From an uncultured virus (IMG/VR IMGVR_UViG_3300042331_000187) (lineage: Duplodnaviria > Heunggongvirae > Uroviricota > Caudoviricetes), in the IMG/VR virus record IMGVR_UViG_3300042331_000187: DNA of 20,000 nucleotides; one strand, written 5' to 3'. Shown piece after piece: positions 14,410 to 20,000 of this stretch. The position numbers and the translations under genes are program-made. The notes under the pieces are model-generated. The model was given only the letters and a program-made list of their open reading frames with translations. It was not told where the DNA came from and made no database searches. Position 1 is the stretch's first letter. The number at the start of each line of letters is the position of its first letter.

Positions 14410-14617
14410 CAACACCCTGCTAGGCCGCTGCACCGTGGCCTATGAAGAGGCCTTTAACGATGCACTGCAGGCCTGGCCCGACGCCTCAGCCCGCCGCCGT
14501 GGCGTGGCTGCCGTAATCGAGCATCTGGCCGCTGAGCTGCTGGTGATGCACCAGCGCAATGAGGGCCGGCTGTCGGCGCACGACGCAGCGCGGATGCTGC
14601 TGGAGGATCTGCGATGA
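14402..14617 (+). CDS. Hypothetical protein (71 aa)
   Basis: MPDNTLLGRC... from ATG 14402, preceded by GGAGG. The stop overlaps the helicase start (ATGA). Confidence 0.7.
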   Translation: MPDNTLLGRCTVAYEEAFNDALQAWPDASARRRGVAAVIEHLAAELLVMHQRNEGRLSAHDAARMLLEDLR

Positions 14618-16050
14618 CCACCTACGCTGAGTTCCTAGACCGCAAGCTCCACACCGGCGCTGACCACGGCTTCGATCCAGTGTTCATGCCGCCGCAGCTG
14701 TTCGACTTCCAGCAAGCCCTAGTCGAGTGGGCTGTCCGCAAGGGCCGCGCCGCAATCTTTGCTGACTGCGGCCTAGGCAAAACCGCCATGCAGCTCACAT
14801 GGGCTGAAAACGTGGCGCGTCACACCGCCCACCCGGTGCTAATCCTGACCCCGCTGGCCGTCGCCGCGCAGACCATCCGCGAGGGTGAAAAGTTCGGCAT
14901 TGAGGCTCACCGCTCTAGCGATGGCAGCGTGATGGGGCGGATCGTGATCACGAACTACGACAGGCTCCACCTGTTTGATCCTGCTGATTTTGGTGCGGTT
15001 GTCTGCGACGAATCGAGCATCCTGAAATCGTTTAACGGCTCCACCAGAAAGGCGATCACTCGCTTCATGGCCAAGATGCCGTACCGGCTGCTGTGCACGG
15101 CAACAGCTGCGCCGAATGATTACACCGAGCTGGGCAATTCATCTGAAGCGCTGGGTGAGTTGAGCTACAGCGACATGCTGCGCCGGTTCTTTGCACAGCT
15201 GGATGACAAGGGCCAGAAACGCGAAGAGCGCCTGCAAGAGTCAGCCGAAGCGATGATCAACGCCAACGCCAACTACTACAAAAAGCTGGCCTTCAGGGTG
15301 TCGCAGACTATCGGCCAGTGGCGCCTTAAGCATCACGCCCGCGAACATTTCTGGCGCTGGGTGGCCAGCTGGGCTAGGGCTTGCCGGATGCCGTCTGATC
15401 TGGGTTTCGCCAACGATGGCTTTATCCTGCCGCCTCTGGTTGAGCGTGATCACATTATTGCCCCGGCCACCCCGCCAGAGGGGATGCTGTTCTCAATGCC
15501 CGCCTTTGGCCTGGCGGAGGAACGGGAAGAGCGCAAGCGCACCATGCAGGAGCGCTGCGAGTTTGCGGCTCAGCTGGTGGAGCATGATCGCCCTGCGGTG
15601 ATCTGGTGCCACACCAACGCCGAGGGCGACCTGCTAGAGCAGCTGATCCCCGATGCTGCCCAGGTTGCCGGCCGCACTCCAGACGATCGGAAGGTGGAGC
15701 TCTATGAGGCCTTCGCCGATGGCCGTCAGCGGGTGCTGGTGATCAAGCCAAAGATCGGCGCATGGGGGCTGAACTGGCAACATTGCGCCCACGTGGTGAC
15801 GTTCGCCAGTCACAGCTATGAGCAGTACTACCAATCAGTTCGCCGCTGCTGGCGCTTTGGCCAGCAGAGCACGGTCCACCTTGACGTGATCGCCACCGAG
15901 GGCGAGGCCAGAGTGCTGGCAAACATGCGCGGCAAGGCTGAGCGAGCGTCCGCCATGTTTGAGGAACTGGTGGCGCAGATGAACAACGCCACCACGATCA
16001 AGCGCACCAATCTCTACACCACTACACCGAGGCTCCCGCAATGGCTGTAA
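14614..16050 (+). CDS. SNF2-like SF2 helicase (methyltransferase-associated phage type)
   Basis: LFDFQ, FADCGLGKT, VVCDESSILK, CTATAAPND, WGLNWQHC and YQSVRRCWRFGQ. Confidence 0.92.
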   Translation: MTTYAEFLDRKLHTGADHGFDPVFMPPQLFDFQQALVEWAVRKGRAAIFADCGLGKTAMQLTWAENVARHTAHPVLILTPLAVAAQTIREGEKFGIEAHRSSDGSVMGRIVITNYDRLHLFDPADFGAVVCDESSILKSFNGSTRKAITRFMAKMPYRLLCTATAAPNDYTELGNSSEALGELSYSDMLRRFFAQLDDKGQKREERLQESAEAMINANANYYKKLAFRVSQTIGQWRLKHHAREHFWRWVASWARACRMPSDLGFANDGFILPPLVERDHIIAPATPPEGMLFSMPAFGLAEEREERKRTMQERCEFAAQLVEHDRPAVIWCHTNAEGDLLEQLIPDAAQVAGRTPDDRKVELYEAFADGRQRVLVIKPKIGAWGLNWQHCAHVVTFASHSYEQYYQSVRRCWRFGQQSTVHLDVIATEGEARVLANMRGKAERASAMFEELVAQMNNATTIKRTNLYTTTPRLPQWL

Positions 16051-17015
16051 AGGATCAGCTCATCACAGACAACTACGCCATCTACAACGGCGACTGCATT
16101 GAAGTAATGCAAGGCCTGCCAGATGAATCGGTACACCTCACCGTCTACTCTCCGCCCTTTGCCGGGCTGTATCAGTACAGCAGCGACGATCGGGATATGT
16201 CCAACTGCCTGAACTATGACGAGTTTTTCGCTCATTACGGATTTTGCATTGACGAAATCTCCCGGATCACAATGCCGGGCAGGATCTCAGCGGTTCATTG
16301 CATGGACATTCCGCTAAGCAATGCCGGATGCGATGCCATGTTTGATCTGCCTGGCCGGATCATCCGCGAGCACGAAGCCCGAGGATTTGCTTATGGCGGC
16401 CGGCGGGTGATCTGGAAGGAGCCGCTGCTGGTACGCAATCGCACCATGATGAAGAGCTTGCATCACAAGACACTGTGCGAGGACTCCACGCGCAACAGCA
16501 TCGCTAACGCTGACTACCTGCTGATGTTCCGCCGCAAGGGCGAGAATCCGGTTCCAGTGACTCACGAAGTAGGCCTGCTGCACTACAGCGGCGAGCGAAC
16601 TGTCCCAGCTGACCTGAACGGGTACAAAGGTATGAAGGGAGATCAGAAAAAAAATCAGTACAGCCAATGGATTTGGCGGCAGTACGCCTCCAGCGTTTGG
16701 GATGACATCAGGATTGACAACGTGCTGCAGTTCCGCAGCGCTAGGGATGGCGAAGACGAGAAGCACGTGCACCCGCTTCAGCTGGACGTGATTGACCGAG
16801 CCGTGGTGATGTGGAGCAACCCCGGCGAGACCGTGCTGACCCCCTTCATGGGCGTCGGCAGCGAGGTCTACGGGGCGGTGCAAGCTGGCCGCCGTGGCGT
16901 CGGCATCGAGCTGAAGCCCAGCTACTACCGGCAGGCAGTGCGGAACCTGGAGCTGGCCGGCGAGCCGGATCAGCCCGGCGATCAGTCATCCCTCTTCGAC
17001 CTAGAGACCGCCTAA
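16041..17015 (+). CDS. DNA methyltransferase, N6-adenine/N4-cytosine family (beta order)
   Basis: IYNGDC, catalytic SPPF near the N-terminus, KHVHPLQLDVI, and C-terminal SAM-binding VLTPFMGVGSE...GIELKPSY. Confidence 0.92.
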   Translation: MAVKDQLITDNYAIYNGDCIEVMQGLPDESVHLTVYSPPFAGLYQYSSDDRDMSNCLNYDEFFAHYGFCIDEISRITMPGRISAVHCMDIPLSNAGCDAMFDLPGRIIREHEARGFAYGGRRVIWKEPLLVRNRTMMKSLHHKTLCEDSTRNSIANADYLLMFRRKGENPVPVTHEVGLLHYSGERTVPADLNGYKGMKGDQKKNQYSQWIWRQYASSVWDDIRIDNVLQFRSARDGEDEKHVHPLQLDVIDRAVVMWSNPGETVLTPFMGVGSEVYGAVQAGRRGVGIELKPSYYRQAVRNLELAGEPDQPGDQSSLFDLETA

Positions 17016-17158
17016 TGGAAACCCGCCGCCTAACCATCTGCCTCACCCTCCCCGAGGTCGAGGCGCTCCGCCGCCAGCTCCGGCCTGGCGAGGGGATGAA
17101 CGATCTGCTGCGGCGGATCGTGAACGACCGGATCCACAACCCCACCCCATCACGATGA
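17015..17158 (+). CDS. Small RHH-like DNA-binding protein (47 aa)
   Basis: METRRLTICLTLPEVEALRRQLRPGEGMNDLLRRIV. It has a TAATG overlap with the methyltransferase stop. Confidence 0.7.
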   Translation: METRRLTICLTLPEVEALRRQLRPGEGMNDLLRRIVNDRIHNPTPSR

Positions 17159-17433
17159 TCACCTACACCACCCCCACCCAGCAGGCCATGGCCCGCATTG
17201 CCACCGCGCCTGTCACCAGCGATCAGGCCCGGCGCCCACCAACACCCTCCATCCGGCTATCCCTGGCCGCCTGCCCCATGCCGGCGCGGTGCTCTAAGCC
17301 GTGCGAGATGTGCTCTGGTGTCGCCCGCAGCGTCGCCGGTGAGCTGGGGCAGGTGCTGAGGGAGCGCCACGGCGGGTCCAGTTCAGTGGCGGACTGGCTG
17401 GATGGATTCACACACACTGGAGATGAACGATGA
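17155..17433 (+). CDS. Hypothetical protein with a Cys cluster (CPxxxxCxxPCxxC)
   Basis: ATGA overlaps at both ends. Confidence 0.7.
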   Translation: MITYTTPTQQAMARIATAPVTSDQARRPPTPSIRLSLAACPMPARCSKPCEMCSGVARSVAGELGQVLRERHGGSSSVADWLDGFTHTGDER

Positions 17434-18062
17434 GCACTGATTACCGCGCCGAACTGCAACGATTGCTAGGGGCAGTTGAAAACGATGTAATCGACACCAA
17501 TGATGGCCTAAGGTTTCAGGCCGCTGTAAACCGCGCCCGCGCCGCCCTGGCCCAGCCCGAGCCGGAGGGGGATGGGCTGTTTCATTGGCGGAACCTTGGC
17601 GACGGAAAGCCCGTTCAAGTTCGGGAGTGTCCTATGTGCGGTATCGCCCCGGCAAACGTGGACGATTGCGGTCGATTCGGTGATCCAGCCTGCCCCTATT
17701 TCGGTGTTGGCGAACCCGAGCCGGAGGGGGTGACGGAGCGAATCGCATCCATTGCAACGGCGGTTCGAGAGTGCGCTTTCGGCTGGGAACCTACTGCGCG
17801 ACTGATCGGCAATGTCTGCGCCGAAGATGTTGCCGATCTATGTGGCGCCATCCTCACCCACTTCGCCCGCCCCACCACCGAGCCGGTGCCCGTGGCTGAG
17901 CGGCCTTGGGAGCGCGAGAAAGGGTGGCGTGATCTTGATGGCGAATGCTGGTGGTGCCCACCAGACGGCCCGCCCTACTGGCAGATGGCCAACCCAGCAA
18001 TGGTCTACGGCGGCTGGCTGCTCCCCCCCCACGCCCTGCCACTACCCACCCCAACGCCATGA
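17430..18062 (+). CDS. Modular hypothetical phage protein with PEPEG linker repeats and a Cys-rich insert
   Basis: ATGA overlaps at both ends. A 16-bp direct repeat CCCGAGCCGGAGGGGG occurs at 17556 and 17715. Confidence 0.75.
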   Translation: MSTDYRAELQRLLGAVENDVIDTNDGLRFQAAVNRARAALAQPEPEGDGLFHWRNLGDGKPVQVRECPMCGIAPANVDDCGRFGDPACPYFGVGEPEPEGVTERIASIATAVRECAFGWEPTARLIGNVCAEDVADLCGAILTHFARPTTEPVPVAERPWEREKGWRDLDGECWWCPPDGPPYWQMANPAMVYGGWLLPPHALPLPTPTP

Positions 18063-20000
18063 CTCGCTGCATCGTCATTGGGTGGGACGCCCACCACAAC
18101 TGCATCGGCCGGGCCCATCTGATCGCCCGTGCCGCCGCGCTGGCATTCTCTGAGGTCCAGCTGATCGCCTTCGGGTTCTCCCACCTAGGCCGTGAGGTGT
18201 GGGCGCCGTTGCGAGGTGAGCCGATCACTGTGATCCCTGAGCCCAAAACCGTCGCGGCGCTGATTCATCGCTGCCGCCGCGTCGCCGCGGCCACCGATGC
18301 AGACGTGGTGATCGCCTGCAAAGCCCGGCTGCCGTCAGTGCTGCTGGGCATTGCCATCGCTGAGCGCAACGGCGCCCGGCTGATCGTTGACATCGATGAT
18401 CACGAGTTGGCGTTCATTGATCCGAACGATGCCCCGCTCTCGCCGCTGGCGCTGCAGCAGCAGTTCCCCGAACGGCTTGGCGAGGCCCCCTACTCGCCGT
18501 TTTGGACGCTGGCGGCACAGCAGCTCACCAAGGCCGCTGATCACATCATCACCTGCAACACCGAGCTGCAGGCACTGCACGGCGGGGAGATCATCGCCCA
18601 CCTGCGCGACCTGGATGCGTTTCAATCGCCGCAGGCTGAGCCGCCCACTGAGCTGCTGGAGATCCGCCGCCGCTGCACCCCGCTGGTGATGTTCCTAGGC
18701 ACGCCGCAGCGGCACAAGGGCCTCGACGTCATCGCTCAGGCCGTGGCCCAGGTGCCAGGTGCTGGCGCGGCATTCATCGGCCGCATTCCCGACCAAGGGA
18801 TTGTGAACGACATCACCCGCGCAGCCGGCGATCAGGCCGCAATGATCGACAGCGTGGCATTCGCGGCTATGCCCGCCTGCCTCGCGCTAGCTGATGCGGC
18901 GGTGCTGCTGCAGGATCAGTCCCGCGAGGCCAGCCGGTATCAGCTGCCGGCCAAAGCGTGCGACGCGCTGGCGGCCGGCATCAGGCTGATCGCCACACCT
19001 ACCCCGCCGCTGCAGATGCTGGCGGACTGGGGGTTTCGGGGGATTTCGTTTGTGGAGTCGCCCGCCGAACTGCCCGACGCGATCCGCCAGCTGCAGCCAC
19101 TGAGCGCTGCCGATCGGGAGGTGAATCAGCGCCTCGCGCACCAGCACCTGTCCTATGCCTCTGGAGCTACCACCATGCGCCACCTCCTGTCCCAGCCCAG
19201 CCGCCGAGCGATCAGTTACGCCGCCAGATCATTGATCGGGCTACCTGAGCCTGGTCGGCGGATCATCTTGATGCTCTGGAAACAGAACGACGCTGGGGTG
19301 TTTGGCAGGCGGGTGGACATGGTGGCAAAGTACCTGGCCAGCCGGAATGACGTGGACCAGGTGCTGTTGGTGGAGAAACCGCTTAGCACGCTGGACCTGC
19401 GCAAGCTGGAGCAAAGCCAGAACCGGCATCACCGGCTGTTGCACCGTTACGCGCAGCGGAAAAGGGTCGGGCTGCTGGACAGAGGCAAGCTTGCCATCCG
19501 CACGCCAGTGATGCCTGCAGGGCTCAGCGTGGCTGAACAGGGCGACTTCATCGAGCGGTACTGCCAAGGGCTGGTGGAGCAGGCCCTAGCGCGCTTCCCC
19601 GGCGCCAAGGTGGGGCTCTGGGTCTATCCGTACTATCGGCACGCCGAGCGGATCGCCGCAGCCCTGCCCACGGACTACGTGATAGGCGACGTGGTAGACG
19701 ATCACAGGGCATGGCCCAACACATCCGCCGAGCGGAAAACAGAGCTCACGGAGCACTACCGCGCCATCCTTGATCTGGCCGACATGGGCCTTTACAACTG
19801 CCGGCACACGCTGCAGAGCATCGGCAGACTCAGCCCCACGAAGGCGCAGGTAGTGGCCAATGGCGTGGATTTCACCGGCGCACCGGACGCGGCAGAGGTG
19901 GCTGACCTGCGGGAGCAGTTGGTAGCGCCCGGCAATTTCCGGGGGATCATCGGCTATGCCGGAAACCTGGAGTCGAAACTGGACTGGCCATTGGTGGAGC
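18059..20000 (+). CDS. Large glycosyltransferase with at least two tandem GT-B (GT4-like) modules (truncated by the window edge; absent from the ORF track)
   Basis: Open frame from ATG 18059. Module 1 reads LIVDIDD...ADHIITCN...VMFLGTPQRHKGLD...LADAAVL...QLPAKACDALAAGIRLIAT. Module 2 reads ILMLWKQND...VIGDVVDDH...AQVVANGVD...IIGYAGNLESKLDWPLVE. Confidence 0.88.
   Translation, partial: MTRCIVIGWDAHHNCIGRAHLIARAAALAFSEVQLIAFGFSHLGREVWAPLRGEPITVIPEPKTVAALIHRCRRVAAATDADVVIACKARLPSVLLGIAIAERNGARLIVDIDDHELAFIDPNDAPLSPLALQQQFPERLGEAPYSPFWTLAAQQLTKAADHIITCNTELQALHGGEIIAHLRDLDAFQSPQAEPPTELLEIRRRCTPLVMFLGTPQRHKGLDVIAQAVAQVPGAGAAFIGRIPDQGIVNDITRAAGDQAAMIDSVAFAAMPACLALADAAVLLQDQSREASRYQLPAKACDALAAGIRLIATPTPPLQMLADWGFRGISFVESPAELPDAIRQLQPLSAADREVNQRLAHQHLSYASGATTMRHLLSQPSRRAISYAARSLIGLPEPGRRIILMLWKQNDAGVFGRRVDMVAKYLASRNDVDQVLLVEKPLSTLDLRKLEQSQNRHHRLLHRYAQRKRVGLLDRGKLAIRTPVMPAGLSVAEQGDFIERYCQGLVEQALARFPGAKVGLWVYPYYRHAERIAAALPTDYVIGDVVDDHRAWPNTSAERKTELTEHYRAILDLADMGLYNCRHTLQSIGRLSPTKAQVVANGVDFTGAPDAAEVADLREQLVAPGNFRGIIGYAGNLESKLDWPLVE

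Noticed and set aside
16647..16654. A8 run in the methyltransferase as a phase-variation or frameshift site
   Set aside because: The frame is intact (Q-K-K-N), the run is short and no alternative product is evident. Read-level indel data would be needed.

Overview
This GC-rich window looks like part of a lambda-like (cos-packaging) tailed phage or prophage. The gene style suggests a picocyanobacterial host, but that is inference only. On the minus strand at the left are a GpA-type large terminase (runs off the left edge), a small terminase, a candidate cos site, a probable neck/tail-completion protein, small genes behind duplicated promoters (including a J-domain protein), a Holliday junction resolvase, a mirror-symmetric TTTGGGACA iteron array (probable origin) and an 845-aa primase-polymerase/Zn-finger/DUF3987-type protein. 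On the plus strand are an SF2 helicase, an ERF/SSB-like/exonuclease recombination module, a roughly 160-nt structured RNA candidate ahead of a winged-HTH gene, a SNF2-like helicase with an N6/N4 DNA methyltransferase, a modular hypervariable-looking ORF, and a large tandem GT-B glycosyltransferase that runs off the right edge. Four small ribbon-helix-helix genes are present. No integrase or CI-like repressor is visible. The best leads are the structured RNA, the tandem glycosyltransferase, the symmetric origin, the cos site and two families of repeated promoters. All protein calls come from motif recognition by eye, with no database search.
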